Source of the DNA: a virus
Lineage: Duplodnaviria > Heunggongvirae > Uroviricota > Caudoviricetes
IMG/VR virus record: IMGVR_UViG_3300045963_000248
Location: 20,510-84,509 of that record
Length of the DNA: 64,000 bases
Reading direction: 5' to 3' (one strand)
Positions 28,134 through 38,112 of this stretch are shown piece by piece (the first letter of the stretch is position 1; each line of letters opens with the position of its first letter). Under the pieces are notes generated by a model. The model worked only from the letters and a program-made list of their open reading frames with translations. It was not told the origin of the DNA and searched no databases. A program made the translations under genes and the position numbers.

Positions 28134-29117
28134 ATGGCAATTAAAACCGGAATGACAGTCTCAGACCTGTTAATCTCTATAAAAAGTAGAATGATGCTTC
28201 CTGAAGCAAATAGCACGTTTTCAGACGATGATTTAATTTCATTTATGAACGAAGAAATGCTAATTGGTTTAGTACCGTCAATTTTACAAATGAAAGACAA
28301 TTACCTAACGGCTAAATTTATACAGCCGATAAATTCCCCACAAGTAAAATATCCTTTACCGGAACGCGCTCTCGGGAATAAATTAAATGACATGTCTTAC
28401 AGTTCAGACGGAATAAATGAGTACGAAATGACTCAAATTAATTCTGATGAAAAATATTCAGGTATTGGTATGAGCACTAATACTGGATACATGAGACAAT
28501 TTTATATGCAAGGCGATAGCATTGTATTATACCCCGATATTAATAGTACAGTACAAGGATTTTTGTATTTCTATTATTATATGCGTCCAAATACATTAGT
28601 AAAAAACGCAGCGGTAGCAACAATACAAAGCATAAACAGAACTACTGGAGATATCTCAGTAATAAATATGCCAAGTACGTACAGCTCAGCACAGACTTTT
28701 GATTTCGTAAAAAGAAATTCACCACACAGCATTATGTCAAAAATTGATGGGACTCCCGCAATTGATTTAGTGGTATCTAACGTTCAAAATTCTGCAAAAG
28801 TAATTACAATTGCAGACGTAAATAATATTCCAAGTAATTTACAGGCTGGAGATTATATTTCTTTAGCGGGGGAATCCTGTATTCCTAACGTACCTACAGA
28901 ATTACACATGATTTTAGCTCAAAGAGTAGCTTGTCGAGTTTTAGAAGCAATCGGAGATACTGCAGGATTAACTAACGCTAATAATAAACTTCAGGAAATG
29001 GAAGGAAAAACTGGTGTTATTTTAGATCAAAGAGTGGAAGGTGCGGTTCATAAAGTAAAAAATAGAGGAACTACCCGAACGATTCGCGGAAGAAGTTTTG
29101 GACGAGGCTTTTTTTAA
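28134..29117 (+). CDS. structural protein (tail/adaptor candidate)
   Basis: 327 aa. Confidence 0.5.
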   Translation: MAIKTGMTVSDLLISIKSRMMLPEANSTFSDDDLISFMNEEMLIGLVPSILQMKDNYLTAKFIQPINSPQVKYPLPERALGNKLNDMSYSSDGINEYEMTQINSDEKYSGIGMSTNTGYMRQFYMQGDSIVLYPDINSTVQGFLYFYYYMRPNTLVKNAAVATIQSINRTTGDISVINMPSTYSSAQTFDFVKRNSPHSIMSKIDGTPAIDLVVSNVQNSAKVITIADVNNIPSNLQAGDYISLAGESCIPNVPTELHMILAQRVACRVLEAIGDTAGLTNANNKLQEMEGKTGVILDQRVEGAVHKVKNRGTTRTIRGRSFGRGFF

Positions 29118-29128
29118 CAGGATGATAA

Positions 29129-32100
29129 ATGTCAAAAACAATGACTCTGAAACCGAAAGGTTTATACACATATTATAATTCCCTAGCAGACGTAAATCCT
29201 GGCGCTTTATTACGCGCAAACAATGTAATTATCCAACAAGAAGGCGTAGCACAGCCTAGACGCGGTATTAAATACTGGTCTAATACTTTTGGTATTTCTA
29301 CAGATAGAGCAAAACAATTACTAGAATACAAAGCTAGAATATTTACACATTACAATAATACAATAGCATTCGATAGCACTGGAGCTGGTGCATTTACAGC
29401 TTTCACGGGAACTTTTAATTCCCCAAAATCTGACACAAGAATAAAATCTATAGAATCAAAAGGTAACTTTTATTTTACTAGTGATTCCGGTATCAAGAAA
29501 ATATCTGCAAAAACTGTAAATGATATTACAGCAAGTAGCATAGTTAACTCAGGAACAGTAGCTGCTTTAGGCGGGTACGGTGTTGCAAAGTTACCAGCGG
29601 TAGGATTTCTAAAAGCTGGTTACAAATCAGTATATAAAATCACATGGGCATTCCAGGATAATAATAATTTATTAGTGGAAGGCGCTCCTAGTGACGATAT
29701 ATCTATTACAAACGAATCTACAATAAACGATCTTTATACTGAACTTAGTATAATAATCCCAACTCAAATAACTAATACAAATTATATTTATAGAATTTAC
29801 CGCGCTAACTCCGTACTTGCTACTGGAACTGCAGAACGGGAATTCAATTTAATTTTTGAAGGAAATCCAACTTCAACAGAAATTACAAATAGAAGTATAG
29901 ATTACATTGATAAACTCTCTGACGATTTTCGAGCTGGCGGATTACCCTTATACACGAATGCTGTATCAGGCGGGGGATCACTTTCCGCCAACGAAATTCC
30001 TCCTTTAGCAGTCGATTTAGCTTTATACAATAACCATTTATTTTATGCGAATACAAAACTAGCACATTTTAAAGAGTATAGTATAAATAATTTAGATAAC
30101 TTTTTTCAAAAAACTATTACAATAAAAGACGGCACTGTTTCGAATACTTACTTTTTTGACGGCGACAACGAAATAAATTTAGTAAAAGCTGAAAATAAAG
30201 CTTTTATTACGAATCTTTCTTATTTCTTACTCACTTCTGCCAGTAACGAAAGAGAGTATTACGTATTATTTGATAAAACTGCAGGTGGACCTTTGCCAGC
30301 AGTAAATCTTGAAAATGATGGCAGGATTCCAATACAAGTAGATATTTCAGGGACAAATACTGCAAATAGCATAGCAACAACTTTAGCAGCAAAATTAAAT
30401 TTATATGATGACTTTATAGCAACAGTTACCGATTCAAGTAATGTTCCCGATTTAGCCGGAACTTACGTTAGAATTGAAAATATTAAAAATGGAACTTGCC
30501 ACACAGTAGATGATACAAATACAGTAATTAGTCCTTATGGAGCTTGTGATAGTATTCTAGATGCTACAAATTTAATCTTCTCACATATTCAATCTGGAGT
30601 AGGAGAGGATTCTCCGACTAAGCAAGTTTTATGGTCTTCTCAATTAGATCTTTTAGGTGTAGACGAAACTGCTAAATCTTGGGTAAAAGTAATTAACCAA
30701 AATAACAGTGAAATAGTTACAGCATATTATATCTCTGGTGTAAATGACACCCCGGGGAAAATAATACTAAAACGTAAAGATTACCTAAACACTCCTTTTT
30801 ATTTAACAACAAATAGTACAGCGGGATCTTTCGATATTTTCCCAAATTTACCATTAGATTCTGATCCTGTAAACTTAAAAAAATACGGCAGCTCGGATTC
30901 TGCTTCAGTAAATGCACTTTATATTTCAAAACAAGACGAGCCGGAATCTGTACCTCTAAGTAATGTTGTTTTAGTCGGTTCTAGCGATGCACCTATTTTA
31001 CGAATTGTTGCTCTCCGGGAATCTCTATTCATTTTTAAAACAGATGGTATTTTCAGATTAAACGGTAGCGATACAACTAACTTTTCAGTAAATCTTTTCG
31101 ATGGCACAGCTATTTTAAAAGTACCTGATAGTGTAGCCGTGCTAACAAACGAAGTTTACTATTTCGGAACACAAGGTATTGCGAAACTTTCAGAAGTTGG
31201 TAACACTGTAATTAGTACTCCAATTCAAGATAAGTTTTTACCATTAATTTCGACGGCAGCTAATTTAGCACCAGCTAGTTTTGGCGTAGCTTACGAAACA
31301 GATCGCAGTTACCTAATTTGGACTTTATTATCTAAAACAGATACGGTAGCTCAAGTAGCCTACAGATTTAATGTTGACACAAATACTTGGACAGAATGGA
31401 AAATTCCAAAAACTTGTATTGTCTTAAATCATAGCGAGGATAAATTATATTTTGGCTCACCTTCTATAAATTTAGTAGAAGTAGAAAGAAAAAACTTTGA
31501 TAGATTCGATTATGCAGATAGAGAAATAGTTTCAGATATTCCCGCGTTAAGTGTGGAAGGCGTAGTAATAAAACCTACCGGAGCAACTAATTTTGAAGCT
31601 GGGGACGTTGTAATACAATATCAATATCTTACTATTTCAAGGGTGACTCAGATTTTACAGATGTTAGATACAGATCCAAATATGATGCTAACAAGTTGGG
31701 TAAATACTTTTACAATTTCTCCCGGAGATAGCTTAAGTTCTGCAGTTACAGCAATTGTAGCTGAGCTAAACGTGAGGGATAATTCCGGATTCACGGATAC
31801 CTGGGGGAATACAGCTTACGTATTTTCTAATTCAACTGACTTTGCTACAATTTTAACTGAGTGGAACAAATTAATAGATAGACTTAATCAATCTTCTGTG
31901 GTATACTTTTCCAACTATCCTAAGTATACTTATATTGTTCCTATAGAAGCTACAGTTTTAAGTAAGGATATTTCTAGTACAGTAATTACTTTAGATAAAA
32001 CATTGCCATTTTTAGAAGGCGCTGTAACTTTATATAAAGCAATAAATTCTGAATTAGAATACGTACCGCAACATGGCGGAGACGCATTAAGTTTTAAACA

Positions 32101-32428
32101 ATTTTCGACAGCTCAGGCAACTTTCCAAAACAGAAGTTTCCATTCTGCGAAGCTAGGATTTAATAGTGATTTATCGACTGATTTTGAGTATATTGAGTTT
32201 TTTCCTAACTCTTATTCTGTTTATGGCAATGACTTTTACGGAACTGGTTCTGTATGGGGAGGCGTTGGGGACAAGGCACCACTCAGAACGTTCGTACCTC
32301 GTAAGAAACAAAGGGCGAAATTTATCGGAGTGAGAGTATCCCATTCCGGAGCATTAGAAACATATTCACTTTACGGAGTGACACTCTCATTTAGAGAATA
32401 CGAAGTTAACGATAGAGCGTATAGATAG
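29129..32428 (+). CDS. large structural protein (1099 aa), tail tube/nozzle candidate
   Basis: size and position in tail module. Confidence 0.55.
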   Translation: MSKTMTLKPKGLYTYYNSLADVNPGALLRANNVIIQQEGVAQPRRGIKYWSNTFGISTDRAKQLLEYKARIFTHYNNTIAFDSTGAGAFTAFTGTFNSPKSDTRIKSIESKGNFYFTSDSGIKKISAKTVNDITASSIVNSGTVAALGGYGVAKLPAVGFLKAGYKSVYKITWAFQDNNNLLVEGAPSDDISITNESTINDLYTELSIIIPTQITNTNYIYRIYRANSVLATGTAEREFNLIFEGNPTSTEITNRSIDYIDKLSDDFRAGGLPLYTNAVSGGGSLSANEIPPLAVDLALYNNHLFYANTKLAHFKEYSINNLDNFFQKTITIKDGTVSNTYFFDGDNEINLVKAENKAFITNLSYFLLTSASNEREYYVLFDKTAGGPLPAVNLENDGRIPIQVDISGTNTANSIATTLAAKLNLYDDFIATVTDSSNVPDLAGTYVRIENIKNGTCHTVDDTNTVISPYGACDSILDATNLIFSHIQSGVGEDSPTKQVLWSSQLDLLGVDETAKSWVKVINQNNSEIVTAYYISGVNDTPGKIILKRKDYLNTPFYLTTNSTAGSFDIFPNLPLDSDPVNLKKYGSSDSASVNALYISKQDEPESVPLSNVVLVGSSDAPILRIVALRESLFIFKTDGIFRLNGSDTTNFSVNLFDGTAILKVPDSVAVLTNEVYYFGTQGIAKLSEVGNTVISTPIQDKFLPLISTAANLAPASFGVAYETDRSYLIWTLLSKTDTVAQVAYRFNVDTNTWTEWKIPKTCIVLNHSEDKLYFGSPSINLVEVERKNFDRFDYADREIVSDIPALSVEGVVIKPTGATNFEAGDVVIQYQYLTISRVTQILQMLDTDPNMMLTSWVNTFTISPGDSLSSAVTAIVAELNVRDNSGFTDTWGNTAYVFSNSTDFATILTEWNKLIDRLNQSSVVYFSNYPKYTYIVPIEATVLSKDISSTVITLDKTLPFLEGAVTLYKAINSELEYVPQHGGDALSFKQFSTAQATFQNRSFHSAKLGFNSDLSTDFEYIEFFPNSYSVYGNDFYGTGSVWGGVGDKAPLRTFVPRKKQRAKFIGVRVSHSGALETYSLYGVTLSFREYEVNDRAYR

Positions 32429-32436
32429 GAAACTAA

Positions 32437-32844
32437 ATGGCAAAAAGAGCTTTAAATGTTAAAAAGATTAATTCTGCAGATTTTACAGCTTCAAATAATG
32501 AAGACATAAAAAAACTCGGAAGATCGCTAAATCCTTTTTTTGATAGTATTACGCAGGTTTTAAATAAAGGGCTTACAGTAGCTCAACATTTACCTTTTGA
32601 ATACCAGGAATTTGAAGTTGAAGTGGATGCATTTGGAGTTCCGAAGTCTCCGCTAAAGATGTCTACAGAACTTGTAGCTCCAGTGAAAGGGATGATTGTA
32701 GTTAATGCTTTTGCAACAGGAAGCGCCCCTACAGCAACTCCATTTGTAGTTTCTACCACGGATAAAAATATTATAACAGTTTCCCGAGTAACGGGATTAC
32801 CAGCAAATACTAAATTTAAAATAACAGCAATGGTTGTGAGTTAA
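32437..32844 (+). CDS. hypothetical structural protein
   Basis: 135 aa. Confidence 0.45.
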   Translation: MAKRALNVKKINSADFTASNNEDIKKLGRSLNPFFDSITQVLNKGLTVAQHLPFEYQEFEVEVDAFGVPKSPLKMSTELVAPVKGMIVVNAFATGSAPTATPFVVSTTDKNIITVSRVTGLPANTKFKITAMVVS

Positions 32845-32846
32845 AA

Positions 32847-34958
32847 ATGTCAGATCCTAATGAAGATTTAAAAAACAAACTAGGTAACGAGTACGATTTG
32901 TATTCTGGACTTAAGGATAAATTCCAAGGTTTCGATAAAGAAGGTAATGCTACTTTTGATGACGAGGGAAAAGTATCCTCTTTTAGTAAAAATGACTTTG
33001 CAAAAATGAACGAGCAGTTAAAAAAAGACTTCGGGGATAAATCTTACGAAGATACATTTAATCAAAATCAATATAAAGATTTAGCAAATAGCGGAAATAA
33101 ATTTCAAGGATTTGCCGGAGATCAGGCAATCTTTAGAAATGAAAAAGGTGACTTGGAGAATTTTGGTAATCAGGGTGGATTTGCCAGCTTTTTAAAAAAG
33201 CAACAGCCTAATGCACAATTTGATATATCGAAGCAAGGGCAGTCCCAGAGAACTAGTAATAGCTATAATGCTAATTTAGATTTTCTTGGGCAAAAGCAAG
33301 GCGCTCAGCAAAAAACAAATTCTGGATTTTCTCAGTATGTTCCGCAAAAAGCTTTAGCGAATACTTCGAAAAATTTAATGAATCCGGCAGCGGCAACTGA
33401 CGATGCACAGGAAGATACAGCTCCAGATTTATCTCAAAGTGTAACACCTCCAAGTTTACCAGAAACTCCAGGTGGAACTTTCGAAAGTTTTAAAACAAAA
33501 CAAACAACTAAAAGTGGATTTAGTCAACCAGTTTCTAAAAATCCAAATGTAAAGAAAAAAGCTCCTCCTCGCCTAGGCGCACCAGCTCCTACTTTAGGCG
33601 GAATGGCAACAGGAATGTTGCAGAATCAAGCTGAGAAAAAGTTAGGTGATGTACAAGATCAAGCTTCAATGCTTGGTAACGAACATTTACAGGATGCTAC
33701 CGGAACTAACGTAGATTTTGCTTCTTTAGCAAATGGAAATATTTCAAATAACGTTCAAAATTTAGCAAAAAAACAAGTAGCTCAGCAAGCTACTCAGCAA
33801 GGGCAGGAATTCCTAGATGCTAACGATCCTACTGGTGGAGCACTTTCTGGAGCTATGGATTATAAAAATTTACTAAACGGAAACATTGCACAGAATGTTC
33901 AAAATTTAGCAAAACAACAATTAAGTAATACAGTAAAAAATCAAGCAACTTCATATTTAAGTAGTATCGATCCTACAGGCGGGATGGCTGTGCAAGGATT
34001 AAATGCTGCAAAATCTCTTACCGGCGGCGGAAGCGTAGTCGATAAAGGACAAGCTGCAGGACAATTAGCTGCACGAGCTGCTGCAATGAATGCGCTAGGC
34101 GCTGCTACAGGTGGCATGGGTTATTTAGCTAATCCGGAATTACTACAAGGCGCTGCTGGATTAACAGATAAATTAGGACAGAATTTAGGTCCTGCTGGAT
34201 TTGTAACTAAGCCCGGAAGTATTGCTTTAACGGCAGGGGCAAAAGGACTAAACGCAGGATTAGACCTTAGCGGTAAAGTTGGCGGAGAAGCAGTTAGAGG
34301 TTTTAAAAATGCCGGAGAAGGCGTTGCAAAAATAGGAACAGAAGGATTAGATGAAGTAGCAAAAGCTCCAGGAGCTGTAGGAAATTTACTACAAAAATTC
34401 TTACAAAATCCAGGAACAATAGCTAAAGGAATTGGGAATGCCGGGAAAGCGGCAGTAGCAAAAGCAGCCGACGTTGCTCGTGCTGCAGCAAATGCAGTTT
34501 CTCGAGTCGTTAGCTGGGTATGCTTTACACCTGATACTGAAATATTAATGGCAAACGGTAAATACAAAAAAATAAAACAAATTAAGTTAGGCGAAGAAGT
34601 AATGCTAGGCGGAAAAGTTACAGCAATCGGAACTGCAATGGCAAAAGATTTATATCTTTATGACGGCGTAGAAGTTTCCGAAGGGCATGCTCTTTACGAA
34701 AATGGGATTTGGTTACGTGTAGAGGATAGTAGATATGCTGTTAAAATTGACCAAGACGAAGAATTTCTAGTTTACCCGATGGCAACTGAAAATCACTTAG
34801 TAGTTACAAAAGGTCAGATTTGGGCAGATATTATGGAAACAGATGATAAACATAATCAAACTGAGGACGGAAGAATCCAAGAATTAAATAATCAAAAACA
34901 TGCAAACTCTTTACTAGATATGTTTTTAAAAAGCTACTTTACTAAAAAGAAAAAATAA
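32847..34958 (+). CDS. virion protein with Q/N/G-rich repeats and C-terminal Hint (intein-like autoprocessing) domain
   Basis: imperfect repeats N(I/V)(S/A)(N/Q)NVQNLAK(K/Q)Q; Hint block A CFTPDTEILMANG and block B SEGH near C-terminus. Confidence 0.65.
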   Translation: MSDPNEDLKNKLGNEYDLYSGLKDKFQGFDKEGNATFDDEGKVSSFSKNDFAKMNEQLKKDFGDKSYEDTFNQNQYKDLANSGNKFQGFAGDQAIFRNEKGDLENFGNQGGFASFLKKQQPNAQFDISKQGQSQRTSNSYNANLDFLGQKQGAQQKTNSGFSQYVPQKALANTSKNLMNPAAATDDAQEDTAPDLSQSVTPPSLPETPGGTFESFKTKQTTKSGFSQPVSKNPNVKKKAPPRLGAPAPTLGGMATGMLQNQAEKKLGDVQDQASMLGNEHLQDATGTNVDFASLANGNISNNVQNLAKKQVAQQATQQGQEFLDANDPTGGALSGAMDYKNLLNGNIAQNVQNLAKQQLSNTVKNQATSYLSSIDPTGGMAVQGLNAAKSLTGGGSVVDKGQAAGQLAARAAAMNALGAATGGMGYLANPELLQGAAGLTDKLGQNLGPAGFVTKPGSIALTAGAKGLNAGLDLSGKVGGEAVRGFKNAGEGVAKIGTEGLDEVAKAPGAVGNLLQKFLQNPGTIAKGIGNAGKAAVAKAADVARAAANAVSRVVSWVCFTPDTEILMANGKYKKIKQIKLGEEVMLGGKVTAIGTAMAKDLYLYDGVEVSEGHALYENGIWLRVEDSRYAVKIDQDEEFLVYPMATENHLVVTKGQIWADIMETDDKHNQTEDGRIQELNNQKHANSLLDMFLKSYFTKKKK
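34521..34805 (+). other. Hint / bacterial-intein-like domain within CDS 32847..34958
   Basis: Cys1 at 34521..34523 (CFTPDTEILMANG), SxxH (SEGH), C-terminal ENHLVV; followed by 50-aa tail. Confidence 0.6.
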
Positions 34959-34959
34959 T

Positions 34960-35388
34960 ATGGAAATAAAAAATTACAATCCGGAAGATTACTCAGTATT
35001 GCAAGAATGGTTTAAGCAGTACGAATGGGAAGAGTGTATTCCGGGAACAATTACAAAAAATGCATATATGGTTTACAATAATAATAAACCAGTTGCTTTT
35101 TCGTATTTTGTATCGACAGATTGTAACATAGCTTTTTTAGGATTTGTACTTACAGATAAAACAGCAGGGATGAAATCTAGAAATGACGCTTTAGATTTGC
35201 TACTTAAACATATTTTTGAGCAAGCTAAGTTAGCCGGCTTTGAATTTATGTATTTTTTCACAGATACTAAAGCAGTAGTTTCTCGTATGGAGAAGTTGAA
35301 ATTAATGCAAGTAGTTAATAATACAAAAGGGTATAAATTAGTAGGTAGTTTAAATGGAAGCCCTATTGATTTTTTCTACGAAGATTAG
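34960..35388 (+). CDS. possible GNAT-family acetyltransferase-like protein
   Basis: 142 aa; IAFLGFVLTDK ... LLKHIFEQAKLAGFEFMYF spacing resembles GNAT motif A/B; weak. Confidence 0.35.
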   Translation: MEIKNYNPEDYSVLQEWFKQYEWEECIPGTITKNAYMVYNNNKPVAFSYFVSTDCNIAFLGFVLTDKTAGMKSRNDALDLLLKHIFEQAKLAGFEFMYFFTDTKAVVSRMEKLKLMQVVNNTKGYKLVGSLNGSPIDFFYED

Positions 35389-35395
35389 TAATAGT

Positions 35396-35431
35396 TACAC
35401 ACATTTAGTGTATTTTTAACAACTTATATAG
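35396..35431 (+). promoter_or_regulatory. phage late-promoter motif copy 10
   Basis: TACACA 35396..35401, N14, TTAACAACTTA 35416..35426, TAG 35429..35431. Confidence 0.6.
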
Positions 35432-35441
35432 AGGTAAATAT

Positions 35442-36530
35442 ATGGCGTTTGATTTCTTAAATAATTTATTTGGTGGACCAAGTGCAGAAGATCAAGGGAG
35501 CGCTGCAGAAGATGCATATGCTCAAGATCAACAACAAAAGCAGTTACAAGATGAGACTGATGCTTATAATCAGCAAGTCCAACAGTCCAAAATGGGACCA
35601 GCTAGTCCATTCTTTACTTCGGGAATTTCAGGTAAAATGCCAAGCCTCGCCGATTTAGTTAAAAATGGAGATAGTAATTCTGATCCAGATCGAGCAGAGC
35701 TTGACGCAGAAACTGCAGCATATAATAAACAATTAAATGAGCCATCTCAATTTGCAGGAATGAAAGATATTTATAAATCAGCTTTAAATAATCTTGGTGG
35801 CGGGAATAGAGTTCTAGCTGGCGGTTTAGATATTGGAGCTGGACTTTTAGGTAGAAAAGAAGTTGCTCAGGGAGCTAAGCAAGCTGTAAGTGGATATGAC
35901 GATGCTTTAGCATCTATAAAAAATAGACAAGATATTAATGGTGATGCATTTAATGCAGTAACAGATTCGCCAGAACAATTAGCAGCTAGACAAGTTGCAA
36001 TGAAAGGTTTAACTGACAGAGCTACAATGGGATTAACTCCAGAAGATCAATTAGCTTTACAAAACATTAATAGACAAGCAGCGCAAGCTAACCAAGCAAA
36101 TCAAGCTAGTATACAACAAAATATGGCTAGACGCGGAATGGCAAATTCTGGTTTAGGTTTAGCACAAAGTATGGGAGCTGCAGATCAAGCGTTACAAAAC
36201 CAATCTTTAGCAGGGCAACAGCAAGCAGCACAATCTTTTGCAGCTAAGCAAGGTGCTTTAAATAATTTAGCAGGGCAATCTAACACAGCTTTAAATGCTG
36301 ACTATACTCGTCAAATGGGTAAAGCAACTAATTTATCAGCTATAAATCAATTTAACTCGCAACAGAGAGCACAACAAAATGCTCAGCTTGCTAACGCAGC
36401 TATTGGAAAAGGGCAAACTCAACAAGGTATTGCTACAAATGTTGGAGCTAGTACAGGAAGAATTGGACAATCAATTGCTGGCTTAGTTAATCCTCAAGAT
36501 CAAAAACCAAAAGTTCCAGGACAGGCATAA
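35442..36530 (+). CDS. Q/A/N-rich internal virion / ejection protein candidate
   Basis: 362 aa low-complexity. Confidence 0.5.
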   Translation: MAFDFLNNLFGGPSAEDQGSAAEDAYAQDQQQKQLQDETDAYNQQVQQSKMGPASPFFTSGISGKMPSLADLVKNGDSNSDPDRAELDAETAAYNKQLNEPSQFAGMKDIYKSALNNLGGGNRVLAGGLDIGAGLLGRKEVAQGAKQAVSGYDDALASIKNRQDINGDAFNAVTDSPEQLAARQVAMKGLTDRATMGLTPEDQLALQNINRQAAQANQANQASIQQNMARRGMANSGLGLAQSMGAADQALQNQSLAGQQQAAQSFAAKQGALNNLAGQSNTALNADYTRQMGKATNLSAINQFNSQQRAQQNAQLANAAIGKGQTQQGIATNVGASTGRIGQSIAGLVNPQDQKPKVPGQA

Positions 36531-36531
36531 A

Positions 36532-38112
36532 ATGATAGATAAACCAGTATACAGTCTTAGAGATCTAATGGGATTAAACGACGACGGAGTTCCCGCGTTA
36601 ACTCCAGACCAATTAGCTTCTAAAAATGTAGCTCCAAAAGAAGAATCTCCTTGGGAGCAATCTCCAATTGGTAAAGTTTTAGCAAGTGCGAGCGGAGAGC
36701 AACAATCTCCTCAAGACGCTGCAGATGCTGCGATAAATCGTATATTCCCAATGCAACAAGAAAATGCTCAAAAAGAAAAAGCAGCGGTATTAGCTGAAGC
36801 AAATAAACCGGAAAACTTTGTTCCTAAATTTGATGATAAAGATCTACAAAATAGAGAAGCATATAATAATAGAGGCGTACCTGATATGCCGCCAAAGAAA
36901 TCTTCAGACTATTCAGACGCTGAGTATAATAAAGATCTAGCTGATAACGGATACGGTTCTAATCGTTCCCCAGCTTCAAAAGCTATTTCACAAATGGTAT
37001 CAGGAAATAAATCAGAAGCTCCCGCAGCAGCTCCAGCGGCAAATCCGTTAGAAGATACTGAAATGAAAAATGCAATGGAGCAAGCGAGATCTAATAGAGA
37101 ACGTGCTAACTATATGAGTAGTATGTCTGATCTATCTAGTGCTATAATTGGCTCAGGTGGAGCTGATATGTCTAAAAACAGAATTACTTCTGTCGATAGA
37201 GATCTAGCAACTGCAGACCAACCTTTACAAGATTTAAATTTACAAAGAGATGAATATAAGAAATTCTTACAAAATAAAGATGACAGAGAAAAAAATGATC
37301 CAAATAGTGCAGTATCCAAAGCTATGCGAGATGTATTAGGTAAATCTGGAGTAAAACTACCAGAGACTGCTACGTATGCTACAATGGAAAAATTAGCTCC
37401 TCAAATTATGCACCACGAAGAAATGCAACAAAAAATTAAAGATAGAGCTTTACAATATGCTCAATTAAATGCCACTAAGCAATTAGCATTAAGTTCAAAA
37501 GCTAGCGATAAGCAAATTGCCGCCGCTGGAAAAACACAACAAATGCTAGAACAAATGCGAGGAAATCCTGCAGTTCAGCAAGCAGAAAAAGATATATATG
37601 CGGCATCTAAAGTTAACTCAATGGTTAACTTAAAATCCGATCCAAATCAATTAGATAATCAACAAGTTCAATTACTAGCCTCAGAAGTTGGTAAAATAGC
37701 TACAGGTGGAGTTCCAACTACTCACGAATTACAAGGATTAAATGTTTCAACTTTACCTAGTAAATTAGCAGGAATTACTCAAACATTTTTAAATAAACCA
37801 TCTCCGGCAAACAAAGCTGCATTCGTAAAATCGATGCAAGAGTACGTAAACTCTTTAACTGTAGATGCTAGAAAAGTAGTTACAGATCGGTATGGAAGAA
37901 TTTTAGAATCTAATAAAGCACACATTTCACCAGATGATTATAATACTTTAAAATCTCAATATATGGGTAGATTCGACCAAGCAGAAAATAATACATCGTC
38001 TAAAGGTTCCGTATCTCCTCAGACTTTACAAGATTACGCAAAGAAACATAATATAGATACAAATGCTGCAGCAGATTTACTAACTAAAGCAGGTTATAAT
38101 GTCCAAAAATAA
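36532..38112 (+). CDS. internal virion / ejection protein candidate
   Basis: 526 aa, coupled. Confidence 0.5.
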   Translation: MIDKPVYSLRDLMGLNDDGVPALTPDQLASKNVAPKEESPWEQSPIGKVLASASGEQQSPQDAADAAINRIFPMQQENAQKEKAAVLAEANKPENFVPKFDDKDLQNREAYNNRGVPDMPPKKSSDYSDAEYNKDLADNGYGSNRSPASKAISQMVSGNKSEAPAAAPAANPLEDTEMKNAMEQARSNRERANYMSSMSDLSSAIIGSGGADMSKNRITSVDRDLATADQPLQDLNLQRDEYKKFLQNKDDREKNDPNSAVSKAMRDVLGKSGVKLPETATYATMEKLAPQIMHHEEMQQKIKDRALQYAQLNATKQLALSSKASDKQIAAAGKTQQMLEQMRGNPAVQQAEKDIYAASKVNSMVNLKSDPNQLDNQQVQLLASEVGKIATGGVPTTHELQGLNVSTLPSKLAGITQTFLNKPSPANKAAFVKSMQEYVNSLTVDARKVVTDRYGRILESNKAHISPDDYNTLKSQYMGRFDQAENNTSSKGSVSPQTLQDYAKKHNIDTNAAADLLTKAGYNVQK

